A DNA stretch of 63,665 bases, counting the filler, from Octopus bimaculoides (taxonomy: Eukaryota), in assembly GCF_001194135.2 (NCBI RefSeq). It is 4 parts of 4 records of this genome, joined end to end, with 100 filler letters (N's around TTAATTAATTAA, not from the genome) between each part and the next. Parts side by side here need not be neighbours in the genome. Positions count along the whole stretch, not along the records: positions 1 to 26,183 come from NC_068983.1; 3 more parts are not named here. The stretch is one strand, 5' to 3'. Made by a program: the position numbers and the translations under genes. Shown in pieces: positions 1-15,003 of this stretch. Below the pieces are notes generated by a model. It did not search any database and was not told the DNA's origin. It saw only the letters and a program-made list of their open reading frames with translations. Within the stretch, counting starts at the first letter, position 1, and each line of letters begins with the position of its first letter.

Positions 1-37
<37 letters not shown>

Positions 38-79
38 TGGTTGTCTATTCCTTATGTAGAGTTAGACCACCTCTTATAC

Positions 80-415
80 CTACACCTTAGAACCATCATG
101 GCATTTGATGTGGCTTTTTAAACCAGCCAATGTTCTGAAAGAAACCCACAGAGATTACATATACGATTTGGTCCACGAAGAGCTGCAGATCTTAAACTGT
201 CTTTTGAGGCCACTGTTATATTTGCAAACCTTCTGGCACACATTGCATTCAAAGGTATGCACAGACATATAGACAGAATAGTTGGTGCAGCTTCGTTTTC
301 CATACGCTCTGAAACGAGTTTTGAGCCCAGCAAAAGAAATGCTTGGTCTGTCACAAATTGCGAACACAAAAAGGTCATAGTGATTCACATTCTCGATCGT
401 AACATTATTCTCATC
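80..415 (-). mobile_element. Degenerate triple C2H2 zinc-finger segment, probably the 3' end of an RTE-type LINE ORF
   Basis: Minus-strand translation gives FVFAICDRPSISFAGLKTRFRAY and FECNVCQKVCKYNSGLKRQFKIC. A third unit, ICNLCGF-(frameshift)-FRTLAGFKSHIKCH, ends at TAG 80-82. Several Cys/His ligands are lost. The CxxC...GL/FKxH pattern resembles RTE C-terminal fingers. Confidence 0.55.
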
Positions 416-475
416 TACATACATACATTCATGAACACATACATACATACATACATACATACATACAAACATACA

Positions 476-506
<31 letters not shown>

Positions 507-880
507 TCAATGTAAATGCCTTAGTGACAATCTGGATAAACTAGAGTTTCCAGAAAAAAGAATTCAAGCAACTAACCTGCATCTTCCAAATACAATCTCA
601 TATGGAAAACTTTTCCCAAGTTGAAAATGTGCTGTTTTTGTAGTCCACATACCCAAAATGGAGCTTTGTATCTTTGTTAAATCAGACTATTTCCTCAAAA
701 CAAGAATTTAAATAATGAAAAATAGAAGAGCATACACATACATACATACATGTATACATTCATACATACATACAAGCTTGCATACATACATACAAACATA
801 CATACATACGTACATACATACATACATACATACATACATACATACATACATACTTATATACCTACATACGTACATACATT
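415..880. repeat. (ACAT)n microsatellite tracts (about 415-505 and 735-880)
   Basis: Direct reading; source of the HTYI/MYVC pseudo-ORFs. Confidence 0.95.
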
Positions 881-1124
881 CACAAATATCAATTTTGCAA
901 GAGTTCTCTTGCTTCTGAAATTGTAATATGGTATCTTATATCTTTTAAGTCAATTATGCGAAGATAGAGAAACATACAAATGTCATATTTAGAGCAAGCG
1001 CGAAATGAAAATGGATAGCGGTAGAATTATGTATGAAAGTACAATTGAAAAGAAAGTTATATATATTTTTCTTATCTAATTGTGAAACAAGGTGGTTGAG
1101 ATTGATTTAATTATTTCTAAAGAG

Positions 1125-1370
1125 ATTACCTTCGTCGTAATTAGGTAGTTTAAGCTCAAACTCTAGGATCGACATTGAAACGAGAATCGCACTTTGCCAA
1201 CCAAGAATTTTAGGAGAGGAATGTAGAAACTCGAGTACAACGTATATTACGGAGAATGCCAAAAGTATCTCGAAGAGCATGGAAACACATAGTTGAGAAA
1301 GGTGAAATAATAAGAAATCTTCTTTGCTCTAATAGCATCAGATCATCATAAACAGAGCTGAGAGATTTCA
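1125..1370 (+). mobile_element. Highly decayed RTE-like LINE RT remnant
   Basis: LGSLSSNSRIDIETRIALCQ resembles the RT YLGS...IxxRI motif; RILRRMPKVS resembles the downstream WxLRRMLxISW motif. Confidence 0.35.
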
Positions 1371-1800
1371 CTGATAAGAAAATACTGCTAAAACGTATAC
1401 CACACTACAACCGGCAACACGCTGGTGTATCAAACGCACACCTGTATTCATTGTGCTGCTGCAGAGCTAAACATTTTGCGGGAGAAGTCGTGGTAGGGAT
1501 GATCAGTGCACAAAATCCTTATTTCGTTGAGTTAATAGAATAAAAGTTGAAGTGTCATTAAATTCTAATTCGTTCTCTGCCATCTTATAAATAAATAACA
1601 CAGCTGAACAATATACACTCACACCAATGCACCTAAACACACACACACACGCACAAACGCACAAACGCACGCGCGCACACCAACACCCTCTCCAGTCCGG
1701 AGTGCTAGACATAACCTCATGAATGATATAAAGAAATAAACGTTTACCACACATATCATTCTGAAGTCCCATCTCATATGCATACATACGGGCTATCGTC

Positions 1801-1838
<38 letters not shown>

Positions 1839-4576
1839 ACACGCTCACGCACGCACGCACACACACACGTGCAGACTGAGTGATAAACTGAATGACAGTT
1901 AATTGGGTAAAATTTTATGAATTAACAAAAACTAAAGAAGTGAAGTTGAAACCGGGTTTTTTGGTTTGTTTAGACATTGTGATCTTCTCAAGATACAGCA
2001 AAATCAATTTCAGTACACGTGTTTGTATCAGTAATCTTGCAAACGAAATACAAAAAGGAAATAGTTAAATATTATTCTTCGAATATACATCATGTGACTC
2101 AGAAAGTCATTCTCGTTTTTAAAAATATTCTATCCTTTGTTTTGATGACGCGCTCAAAATATTCTGAAGCTAAAAGTCCATATTTTATCGTTCATAATAT
2201 GAGGTGTACATGTAGCTATGGCATTACAATTAGAACACTATTATTTCCAAATTTTACTTTAGCATCAGTAAGATTTCTAAAGTCCGTGTTAAGAAATATG
2301 ATGGAATATCATTCTCTTGTCCTTTTTCTTAAGTGCTATTCGGAATTAGTATCATTTTGTGAATATAAACTCTTCAAAAAGTGAAATAACCCCGTATTTG
2401 AGATTGTCTTTCAAACAAAATAATTGACTAATGAATCTTCTTTATTTTGTTTCATCAGATTGTACAACTTGTTATCTAAATCCTACTGCTATTCTCTTAA
2501 TAGTTTTAATTCGACCGTATTTTCTAGATTCTCGTGTTTTAATACCGATAAGCCGTAACTACACCCCTGCACATTTACAATTTTTATTTGACTTCTCTCT
2601 CTATTATAATCTATCATTTTCCTTTTACGCCCTCTCACTCAACTTCTTTCTCTTATTTTCTCTTGTTGGAATCCCACTTAAAATTGTATCTGCACGTTTC
2701 ACTATATTCACATATTTTAAAATGTTTATCATATAAACTGCACAAATTTATCGACGAAAATTACTCTACATTTTACACTCCATATTTTGTAACAAAAACA
2801 TTTAACAACCATCTTTTCTTAGCAAGACCACGCCTTAATTGATTGCCCCTTTCCAAAATGTTTTCTAAATACTTGAAACAATCAAATTTCTCACAATATT
2901 TCAAATTTACCAGTCAAGATAACCTCAGCACCTCTCCTTTAGAATTTATTTTTATCTCACACTCATATTAACATCACTCACTCCATGAATCTCTCTCGCA
3001 CTCTTTCTCGTTCTCTTTCTTTCCTCTTTCTCTCTAGTTCTCTCTCTCTCTACATCAATCTATTTCTGTTTGTTTGTATTTCTCGTTCTCACACACATTT
3101 TCTCTCTCCCTCTCCCTCGTCTTCCATCTTCCTCCCTCCCCACTTTCCCTCTTTCTCTTTCTCTCTCTCCCTGCCTCTCTCTCTCCCTCTTTCTCATAGA
3201 TTAAGTATAAAAATGCAATATTTTTCGGTGTTTTCCATAACACTCTAAAATCTCTAGAATGAATAATTCTATATTTTTACAAGTTTAATGAACTGACTTA
3301 GTATTTTTACACGTATCTACAGGTCTGAATATTCCTCAAGCATAATTAGAACTGGCAAGAAGTTTACATTTGTACATATTATAAGAGACACATATCTCCT
3401 GCCAGTTCTTAGAGTCTGGCTTTCCGATTTCTGCTGCTGGGAGGAGATAACCACCACGAATTGAATGCATCCACTAATTTGGTTAGGGAACGGCCCAAAC
3501 TGACTTACTGAGTTTACACCTATCTCTATATGTGTTTACACCTTTCTCCATGACAAAACTGTGAATGATATTCTTACAGGTTCAAATATACCTGAAGCAT
3601 AGAAAACAGTTTGTATAAATACAACTCACTGCTTAGTCCTTTCCTTCCATATATAAATATTTACCCTCTCTCCTTCTCCCGTTCCTCTCTCCCCTCCTTC
3701 TCCCGTTCCTCTCTCCCGTTCCTCTCTCCCCTCCTTCTCCCCTTCCTCTCTCTCTCCCCTCTCTCTTTCTCTTTCTGTCTCTCTCTCTCTCTACATACAC
3801 ACAACTCTTCCTAATTCTGAGACAGTGCCAGCAATTTAAGTGGGAGGGGAATAGTCGATTGCTCGATTTCACTAGTAAAATGCTTGTACTGTTTTATGGA
3901 TTCCGAAAGGTTGATAATCAAGGCAAGGCTGTATTTGAACTCAGCACTTAAAACCTGCAGGAATGCCAGTAAGCATTTCGTCAAACATGCAGGATGCTCT
4001 CTATGCTTCGCTCGGTCTCCACATTGCAGTTACTAGAGTTTGTCCTAACTGGAACTTTAATGTCATCTACATACGTAATCAAAGTAAAGCAGTAGTGGAT
4101 TGTTCTGCTAAGGATTGTATTAGTTTTCTGTCCCACCATGTAGCTAACTGCACCCACTAAAGTATAAATGTAACCATAGATTACCCCACTAGGCATCCTA
4201 ACTATGGACTCCCGTCCTTCACACTGAACTTTGATTAGAAACTGAGCAACGGAGTGCAACTCCTCCACTCCAATTGCATAAAACCTATAGATTTTAAATA
4301 TATTGCCTTCGAAACATATGTCGGAAGTAAAATAACTTGAATAACACATGCGTTTAACTCCGTTTATATATATATATACATATATACATATACATATATA
4401 CATATATATATATATANNNNNNNNNNNNNNNNNNNNNNNNNNNNNNNNNNNNNNNNNNNNNNNNNNNNNNNNNNNNNNNNNNNNNNNNNNNNNNNNNNNN
4501 NNNNNNNNNNNNNNNNNNNNATATATACACATTTATGCATGTTCATATACATATCAACATTTACATATATTTGCAT

Positions 4577-4960
4577 CGTGGAGGCGTAATGGCCCAGTGG
4601 TTAGGGCAGCGGAGTGGCGCTCGTAGGATCGCGTTTTCGATTTCCAGACCGAGTGTTGTGATTGTTTATTGAGCGAAATCACCTACAGCTCCACGAGGCT
4701 CCAGCAGGTGGAGTGGCGAACCTTCCTGTACTCTTTCACCACAACTTTCTCTCACTCTTTCTTTTTGATCCTCTTGCACCTGTATTTCGAAGGGCCAGCC
4801 TTGTCACAAAACTGCGTCACACTGAATCTCCCCGAGAACTACGTGAAGAGTACGCGTGTCTGTGGAGTGCTCAGCCACTTGCACGTTAATTTCACAAGCG
4901 AGCTGTTCCGTTGATCGGATCAACTGGAACCCTTGTCGTCATTACCGAGTGAATGCCACG
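4577..4960 (+). mobile_element. tRNA-headed SINE (family C) with 10-bp target-site duplication
   Basis: tRNA-like head TGGCCCAGTGGTTAGG...TTTCGATTTCC (A/B-box-like); ATATTTGCAT at 4567-4576 is repeated at 4961-4970. Confidence 0.8.
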
Positions 4961-5128
4961 ATATTTGCATATATAATTTAGTCTGCATCATTTTCATCGC
5001 AATATTTAAAACTTTTCTTTCCCAAATCACTTTTCCTGAAGTTCTACTGAGAATTGCAACCCATTGCTAGTACTTATCGTTGTTTATCTTTTTCTTCTCT
5101 CTGCTCTCTTTCTTCCTCTACTCTCTTC

Positions 5129-5180
<52 letters not shown>

Positions 5181-5509
5181 ACTTCTTTCTCTTCTCTCAC
5201 TCTTTTCTTTCCCAATCTCTCTCTCTTTGAAGTTTAGAAGCTTTTGAATTAATCTCACGTTCCTTAGAAAGTCACTATATCTTAAATTTGTCAGATCCCA
5301 CTTTCCTCTAACCTATCAAACTGGTTATGTTAGTCATTAATAACTAACTCTTGTCACATTTCTAATCACAGTCCGTTCAGCTTTCGTATAAGGTGATCTG
5401 CTGACTCCAATTATAGCATTCGTTCATGGAGGAAGTCTCCGAAGAAATTCAGTGAAAATATTATTCTTGTTATTCATTATTACAAAGTAATTGTATGTTT
5501 TTGATATTT

Positions 5510-5760
5510 GATGGCCTTAACCAAGTCTCTGGCTTATCGGATTCACCTGTCCTTCGTTTTTAGTATGGAAATCTTCCTGTCAAATCACTCTATCATGGTG
5601 TACATCGACAAAAATATGTCATTCTTTACTGGGCTCCATGTTTTCCGTCTTGTCTTACACACTGTATTCTACATGAACCGCCTTATTACTGTCACTTCCA
5701 ACACAGCTTATGCTATCGTCAGTTCGTCCCTAATCTTCTGTACATCCATCATCTACGTGT
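5510..5760 (-). mobile_element. Decayed RTE-like LINE 3' remnant
   Basis: Minus-strand WMYRRL...NTVCKTRRKT...FDRKIS weakly follows the RTE C-terminal pattern; many stops. Confidence 0.3.
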
Positions 5761-6683
5761 AAACTTGAAATCTCATTTCTTGCTTTTATTAGAATATGCG
5801 CAATGATATGCAAACTATTCTCCAACGGATTTATGTCCATATTTCAGTCATCTGCGCAAAGAAACAATTACGACACATATTAAGAGAACAATTTTGTAAC
5901 CTAAATTGAACATGAACAGGCTTTCCAGACGCTACAATTACTATGGCACACTATCACTTAGGAACACCTCTAACCAATGCACATCTTCACTACAATAACT
6001 TCCGGATTTGAAAGAGTTACATTACTCTTCAGAGTACAAAAATTCTTTAACTGCTAACATTGAAACCACTGACCGCATACTAAAACAAAAGGATACAGGA
6101 CAGATTGGAGGAAACTTGATCCTCAGACCAGAGGTATTCCTACAAGAATGCTTTAAATACTCCCCTCTTTCTCTACCAGATTTGCTTGAGCTCACTTCTT
6201 TGAGATTGGATGATTTTCGTCACAACTCCTTGCGCAAAATAGAGTTACACATATGTTCCATAAATGTTTTAATTATATTTCATTGGAAGTTCGACTGCAG
6301 ATCTCCTTTCATTTACAGGGCATACTCAATTGGTATGGTTAAAGAGGATAATGCTTAGTTACATTATCGGCTGTAAATCCGTGCATAGGGAGGGGGCACA
6401 GATTCATTGTAATATTGTGAAATTGGTGGCAGAAGCTCTTGCAAGGGCGGTGTGACGGTGTGATACTGTGAAAGTTCCAATGATATCGTTATCTTTGTTA
6501 ACCAAAAAGGGAAACCTACACTTAAACTGAAGCAGAGAATCTAATACATATTGATCCACTGACTTGCAAGTATAATTTGTTATTGCACGCTGTGCAGTTT
6601 TGATTCAGTTGATAAGCAATCCAAGCATTTCAAGCTCCGCATATAGTGTGTATCATATATACACATATGTATGTATATATATA

Positions 6684-6744
<61 letters not shown>

Positions 6745-8483
6745 TCGTATGTATGTGTGTGTATGTGTGTATGTTCAATAATATTGAATATATCAGTTAG
6801 ATACAAGATAAATTTTATAATATATTTAATTTTCGTTCTTACTCAGGCCAGATCAGCTCTGATCCTGCAGAGCTGTGATCAAAGACTTTCCAACTGTGAC
6901 TGGCTCATTTCTTATACAGAAAGTGTGTATTTATTTGTATGTATTTATATACAACTCTATTTAACCTGACTTTATAAATACGAAGTTCATTTAATGATTT
7001 TTGTTGGATGAAGTACTTTCTGCTAATATGATTACACTTCTAGGATGAAGCAAACTACTGACATAACCCCCACTTCCTAAAGCATATTAATACCATTAAT
7101 GTTCACACAGTAATGTATTTAATGCCCATTAATATTGATAGATTGTTTGTTTATGATTACCATTAGAGAATTGTATGAAAAATAGATTGTGACTCTCTCA
7201 ACGTCTGGGTAAGAATGTTGGCGCATGGTAATAACGATAAAACATAAAACATACTGCTGATACGAATTATTAAAGGAGGGAAAAGAAAAATGGCAGACAT
7301 TATGCAAAGGAAAGGTATCGGGTGATCTTTTGGAAATTATAGGTACCGATCGAATGAAAAAATTATACATTCCGTAAATGTTTTTGTTGTCTGTATGAAA
7401 TTAAGCCACACTCTTTTTGATTGATTCTTTGTGATATATCTATAAATGTGCTTTCTTTTAACATAGCTTCAATATATCAGACTCCTCTATTTTAAAAAAC
7501 AGTTGGCTCTGCTTTTATCAATGATGTAGATGGGAAGTTTCCAGCACCGTCTCAGTATATTCATGTTTACCATTTAAAAAATCTATATAGAATTAAAAGT
7601 ATAAGAGTTTAAAATGTATTATGGCCTGATTCAAGGGAAATATACAGTATTTTTTACACTACATTAACTAGAACAAGTTCGTTTCGTTGCGTTTCTACCT
7701 CATAACATATGCTTTCATATTATTACATTTTGTATTTCTACGGTAACATTTTCTGCTACGAAGTACGAAAATTCCCATAGCTCCATGCACATGCAATATT
7801 TTGCTGCAGTTCTGTGATAATTATGCTTAAATTTTTTTAATAAACTACTACTGATTTCTGATCATGTATTTAACAATGAAGCAGTACAGCATGAACCAAT
7901 AATTTTCCAAAAATATGCTAATACATAGACAGGTGCAACATAAAAACATGAGAATGAGATGCAAAAACATGGATATTCGTTGTCAGTAATATTACACCAT
8001 CAAACGCTCAATTGCATTAGGCTTGATAAACATAAAGCGATCTCTTCAAATACTATATTGGTAATTGATATAATTTATGATTTAATTGTAGGGAAAATTT
8101 TAATCTAATGTATGAAAGTATTGGATTATAATATTTAAATTTCTAATCATAAAGAAAAACTATAATTCAACAAATCTGAAAAGTGGTGAGTTACATACTG
8201 TTTCAATCTTTACGGTTAACGCGCGCACCCACACACACACACAAACAAACAAAAGAATTCGTCGAGATATAGAGAAAACCAAATTGAAAAAAACAGAAGC
8301 ACCGGGGAACATATTCACATGAGTATGCTGGAGTAATATGTAAGAAATTTCATGCTCACAACAAAATGCACAGTGGTGAAAATACGACCGCAAATATAGG
8401 ACCGTACACAAAACAGCGTAAGGAAAGGTTACGTGATTTTACTAATATATGTACACACCGTTGTATTTATAATTTATATCAAA

Positions 8484-8528
<45 letters not shown>

Positions 8529-8550
8529 CAGACAGATAGATAGATAGATA
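8484..8550. repeat. (AGAT)n microsatellite
   Basis: Direct reading. Confidence 0.95.
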
Positions 8551-10787
8551 CATTTCTTTTATTAGCAACACAGGGCTCAACGAAGATGGGACAAATACAA
8601 TGTAGAGCTTTTCTTTTTGGGAGGGGGAAGGAAAAAAAATAAATAAAATAAAGGGGTGGTGTCGATCAAAAGGGATCGTAGGAAGGGAAAAAGGGGGAGT
8701 TCGATCAAAAGGGATCGGAAATACATATACATGTGTGTGTTTGTGTGTGCATCTATCTAGCTGTCTATCTATTTAGCTGTCTATTTGTCTACCCATCTGC
8801 CTATATATACGTATTTATTTATGTGCGTTGGTGTACTTATATACAATTGAAAACACATTTTTATAAACACATATAAAAAGTGGTGTTTTAGCAATATTCT
8901 AGACAGTATAGACTTTACAAATTTCTGTCTTTCAGTAAAAGTTACATACTCATAGTTAGTAAACACCCCTTTATGATATACGATAGATAAGTTTGACAAG
9001 CGCTTGGGAACGTTTTGTAACACAATACACGTTCAGGCACTACGTTATCATAATAGAACATTCCGCTTACAAATATGTTGCTTATTTTCTGCTATTTAGC
9101 ACACCACCTCAATTACTACAGATTTAATGTTGAGCAGCCCTCAGTCCTGATCGAGAAACCCCTACCCAGTATACAGTCCTCATTGATATATACTAATGAG
9201 GCTTATGTATCAGTATATATATTAGTATTTACTTCTCACTAGTTTCGACAGGAGTGCTTGTGGGCTCTACCCGCTAGGACCCTTTCAAGATTAAGTGGGA
9301 GAAGTAGATGAGATGAGTATATGATGATCTGACAATATCAGATACCATGAATGAGACTCATCATTTGTAGATACATAACATATCATTCACTATTCAAATT
9401 CTTTTTAACAAGAATAACGTTCAGGTTTGAAAACGTTGAATTGTCACTGATGAAGCTAATCTGCTTACTTTAGAAAAATAATCTATTAGGAAAAATAACA
9501 GATCTCAAATTGGTAAAAGGAAAAGAAGCTATATAGAAGCTATATATATGTTCGTTTTTCAGTCCTTTGTCTACAAGACGACGGGGGAACCTCTATAGCC
9601 TGCATTGGTCTAGTATTACAATCTCCTAACTATTTTAAACATGGAAAGAGAGGTTGGATAATGAAGGTATTGGTATAAAATAAGAAACATGGCATTATCA
9701 CAGTTTGAGCACCTTTGAGACAAATTATGTTTGTTTAGTGCTTATCGCTATTTTTTATATGGTTTTTACCTGTAAAAATCATTCAGAGACAACGATGTGT
9801 CAGAGTTGAGATACGATCTGTAGATGTGTTGATTCCACTATTTGTCCCTCTCTTATTTTTGGACACTTTAGCTAATTTAGTGTTTATATAAATATCATAT
9901 AAAAAATATTAATAAATTGCATAACATTTGAATAATCGTTGCCGATCAGTTTCAAGAGCTTATTGATAGGAAATATAGATTTTCCGCAAAAAAGAAATCG
10001 TGATTAGCTTACTATCAATATATGTAAATATAATAACAAATATTTAGCGACAAATATCTGACAGAAGTTAAATGTAAACGCAATAAAATATTAAATATGC
10101 GGAAACCGACATTTTGGCCTTTTCTAGTCTTCTAGACACTCGCAATAAAGTTTTCCTTATAACAGTTTAGCGTAACAATTGTTAATGTAACAACCGAAGT
10201 TATAAGAAAAAAGAGAAACAAAAAAGAATAGTGTGAAAGTGCTATTCTGAAACAGCCTATAATTTTCTCTAATTTCCGTTCTCCTTAACATATTTTTATC
10301 TTCCAAGTTTTCATTTCAATTTTCGTCAAATATTATGGTTTGGTGTTGTTATTAATATCGTTTGAACTATTGGCGGTGATATTTCATTTTAAGCTAAAAG
10401 AAAATCTTTAAGGAAACAATATAGAATAAATTGTAATGTGTTTCTCCAATCAAAGGCAGTTAACTTTCTATTCGTCTCTCAATATATTGATTGCAATCAA
10501 TTGTGATCTCTTTTACTTTTTTTTCCCCACGAGTATGAGAATGTTATATCCCAAACAGCAACAGGAAAATAATCTAAAATATTGACACTGATGTCAAACG
10601 TGGTGATAATTACATAACAAAACACATCACAAAAAGCACACTCCACTCCCTCTCTTTCATTTTCTCTCCTATTATATGTATGTGTACTTGTGTGTACGCA
10701 TACATACTTATACAAAAGTTTATGTAAATAAATAAATAAGTATATATATATATATATATATATACCGATAGACATACACAGATATAC

Positions 10788-10860
<73 letters not shown>

Positions 10861-12801
10861 CACTTATATAATATGTGTGTAGACGTTAGCAGGCGTGTCT
10901 GTGTGTGTATGAGTTAGTGTCTGTCGTCATAGTGAGGATGAAGGTTCCACATGAAACTTTAGTTTGGTTCTTGTACGATTAATTTGCTGAATAACTTTGA
11001 AGAGCATTGCTGCCGTGTAGGAAATATGTGGTGGAATAAAAAGGAATATTTTACAATTGATTCCCAATATTTCTATATTCAGATATTATTTCCTGATATC
11101 TGTTACCCAGACGAAAGTGACTACTATTTAACAATGCAGTGAAACTAAAATGAAACCAAGATTCCATGATTGTGTTAAATATTTCTACATTTTCACCTCT
11201 TTTGTTTTGTTTTTAAATTTAGTTTTATATCTGTTTTGGCTTTACTAGCAATTTATCGATATTTCAATTGGCAGTAAAGTTTCATTGCTCTTTCCTTCCG
11301 AATCTATCTCTCTAACGTTTAGTTTACACTTCAATTATTTCAATTTACCAATCCCATTTAAGTTGTGCAGTAAATAAAAGCTTGAGACTACAGATGAAAT
11401 AGACAATTTACTCCAGAAGAATACATTCCATTAAATATTTCGGTTAGCTTTTTATATCTCAGTATTGTTAGATTAAGAAATAAAGTACTCGAGAATTTTA
11501 AACCAAATATGAATTTATTTCATTATATAATGTATTTCAGCGTAGTATAATTTCGACTATCTATTATATTGTATCACCATACGAGTTATATGGATTATTA
11601 TATAGGTTAAATTCTATTGCGATACTTATCTGCCGTTAACGTTGCACAAATATATTCAATACATTTGTGGCCTAATGTCGTTTACTTGTTTTCTTTTAAA
11701 GGATCTGTCATGAAATAACCGATTCCCAATAGAGCTGAGACATTACAGCGTTCTGCATTTAATGTATAGTAATTTAGAGTTGTTAAAACAGCTAACAGCC
11801 GACCACTAGCTATCATCAAAGATGAAGAGATAAAGTATTCTATCAGAATCATTAATTTTCTATATGACCGCTATAACAATCTGTAATATTCAAAATATCA
11901 TCTGGGTAATGTTATGATAAAATAGTGCACCTTTACAAAGATATCTGGTATATATTTATAAGCGTATATTTCCACAGATACCTGGCTATAACTGCAATGC
12001 TATGTTTCTGTAACAGGTCACAAGTGTCATTTCTCTGCTCATTCTTTTAATAAATTTTATGGAAAAGTAGGTGTTGGTATATTCATTCCTTTCCCGGTAA
12101 AATTATAGTAATTTTGTAACAGCTATAAAACTCTTCTTCTCGGCAATGATATTGTTCTATTTGGGGTTAACATTGTTTAAAAGGATATGGTTTCTTTGCG
12201 TGTGATTCAGACCTGGAATACCTGGAAATATGAAATATCATTTATGAAATTCTTAATAACGAAAATGACATAGGTGAAGTAAAGGTAGTTTTAACGGTAT
12301 CTCGGATGGAGAGTTTTATATACTTTTTACCTTGCTATTATTACTACGAGCAAATAACGGGTACTTTGTGTAGCCTCTCCGTCTGCTGGTGATGATGATG
12401 ATATATACATACATATATAGACACATAAATATATAGAGAGAGCGATAAAGAAGCATTTGTTATAGAACAAACGTTAAATTTGGGTCAACGACTTTATATA
12501 CAATACCACCCTGCAAACATTTACTCATATATAGGAATCACCGTGGTACTCAAACCCTTTTGTTTCTATGAAAAGAGACAAATATTATTTCTTGTTGCAT
12601 ATANNNNNNNNNNNNNNNNNNNNNNNNNNNNNNNNNNNNNNNNNNNNNNNNNNNNNNNNNNNNNNNNNNNNNNNNNNNNNNNNNNNNNNNNNNNNNNNNN
12701 NNNNNNNNNNNNNNNNNNNNNNNNNNNNNNNNNNNNNNNNNNNNNNNNNNNNNNNNNNNNNNNNNNNNNNNNNNNNNNNNNNNNNNNNNNNNNNNNNNNN
12801 N

Positions 12802-12858
<57 letters not shown>

Positions 12859-13896
12859 CTGAGACAGAGGGAGAGAAACAAAAAGACAGAGACAGATCGA
12901 TCAGCAGAGATAGAAATTCTTTCTACATGATATATATATGCAGATATACTGAAGGAGAGAAATCTCGATAGCATAAAACTCAATGCGTTTTTTGAAATAA
13001 TATAGTGGCTTTAGAAAAGCTGGCCTCAGAGTAAACAACAACAATATCACTAAAATTTTTCTCACAAAATAATATCTAAATTGTTTAATCAATTTCCATC
13101 TCGTTCCAAGAATATTTCTTGTCTAGGAAACAATTATCCTGTACCTAAAATCGGTAACGTGTTCTTATAATTAAGCAGGCGGCAGTGTATCGGTACTCAT
13201 CGTCCACAAAAACCCCTAATAACTAGGCAGTATTAACATCTGCAGTGTTAACATATGCACTTCAACAAAAAAATTATTAAATCATGATTGCAAGCATAAT
13301 TTCAAATATTGTAATGCATAAATTACTACAACGTGGTTATTTTATATTTATATTTGTAAAATAATATAGTTGAGCTAAGTTTTATCATGTTCTAAGGGAT
13401 CTGTATGGGACTCCACGAATGTTTTCTCTTTAATATCGAATGACTAAGTGTTTAAGGAAATCAGGCATTTTTATAAGAAGTACCAATAATATGTGTAAGA
13501 AAATAAAAGCAAGGTGACCTATTAATGATTTTTTAACTGAATGCTAAATACGTTTGTCACTTATTCTATTGATATTTTCGCCAAACTTACTGCCATCAAT
13601 GTAGATTACACCCGATGCTCTCAAAACACGGTCGTAATGTTAAACTGAGCGGTAGGTGAAGTTTAACCCATCCATCAACAGTTATGGCCAGTTCGACGGC
13701 CTGCTACTCGATATACATCTGCCTTAATTCACTCACAAAGATTGGGTTGAACAAAGTTTTACAGTAGACAACACTCCTCCAATGTAGCAGGTACTGCGAC
13801 TGAACGATTTCGACCAGAAAAACATTTAACTACTTAACCATACGACCATGTCTTTAATGTATATCGTTCCTTAGTAGTTACATATCTCTATGTATA

Positions 13897-15003
13897 CTAG
13901 CAGTGATACCCGTCAGTGATCAGGTAATTACTTTTACTGTTTCTCGGGAATCACAGTCAAAGTATTATTAAATATATAATTTACTCCTCCTGTATGTGTG
14001 TATTTTTATAAGAGAAAAATATGTTGTAATTGAAGTAGAAAAAATATCAATTCGATGCATGAACTTGTGTTTCTTTATTATATGACAATGATAAGTGAGT
14101 TTTATGTGCTATTTTATTTATTAATATAGTAATGACAATTATATAACATTGTTATATGACAAAAAAACTGATAATAATTGAAGTAGGAAAAAGAATAATT
14201 TCATACATGAATTTGTTTATTATATGATAGTAATGAGTATGTGTTATTTTATTTATCAATAGAGTAACGGCAATTATATAATACACTTACAGGTAATTTA
14301 CACATTTTTTAATGTAGTGATTGTAATGGTGAATCAAGTTATTGAAGTATCCATGTTGCATTAAGAGTGGAAAAGCAATTTTTTTCAGTTTTACTTCGGG
14401 GTGCATAAGCAGAAAGATTTGCTTTTTCTCTCCCATATGATGCTACTAGATAAAGTTGGCGATGCGAAAAACTTGTTGCAATCCAACAAGTTTTAGTGTT
14501 TGGCCCTAGCTTTTATTAACGCTCATGGCAAAAGAAACACGGGTACGAAAATGTAACCGCTTAAATTGGAATGGGACATTAGATGGTATAACTGGTACGC
14601 GAGGTATGAAACCAGTCTCACATTTACCACCAGTGAGAATATTGGCTTCAATGCACTTTGTCATAAGTTTGTGCACAATTAATTTTGTACCACTGCATAA
14701 TTTTGATTGAGAGAAATTACGCAATAGCATAATAGGAATCCCTTTTTGTCTGGTGAAGACAATGTGGATCTGTACCTCCTTGTTCTAGTGGGTTCAAAAA
14801 TTTGATGGAGTAGTTAACAATATCCTGACCATCAACAACCCTGTCAATTGAGTTATAAGCGAATAGTTCTCCTGGAAGTTCATCCAATAGCATATTATTA
14901 ATGCTATGTACAACAACATTTTTTGGAGCCAGGATAGGTCGCTCAAGGATCCAATCTGTATTATTGCAATTATAAAGAAGATTAGGAAAGATTTCATCCA
15001 CTA
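13897..15003 (-). mobile_element. Helitron 3' fragment: C-terminal half of the Pif1-like helicase, 3' UTR and terminal hairpin/CTAG
   Basis: WILERPILAPKN...NYSIKFLNPLEQGG...LLRNFSQSKLCSGTKLIV...FIPRVPVIPSNVPFQFKRLHF...FAMSVNKS*GQTL matches Helitron Pif1 motifs, with frameshifts and stops. On the minus strand an imperfect hairpin (13909-13924) precedes CTAG|T at 13897-13900. Confidence 0.9.

Noticed and set aside
2019-2842. AT-rich ORFs of 84-121 aa
   Set aside because: Low-complexity F/L/I/Y/S composition typical of random AT-rich frames; no motifs.
3348-3409. 13-bp inverted repeat (12/13)
   Set aside because: Short stem with a 36-nt unpaired loop; compatible with chance or a decayed repeat.
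9440-9480. CTGATGA-agc-taatct-gct hammerhead-like start
   Set aside because: Not followed by GAAA or a stem III.
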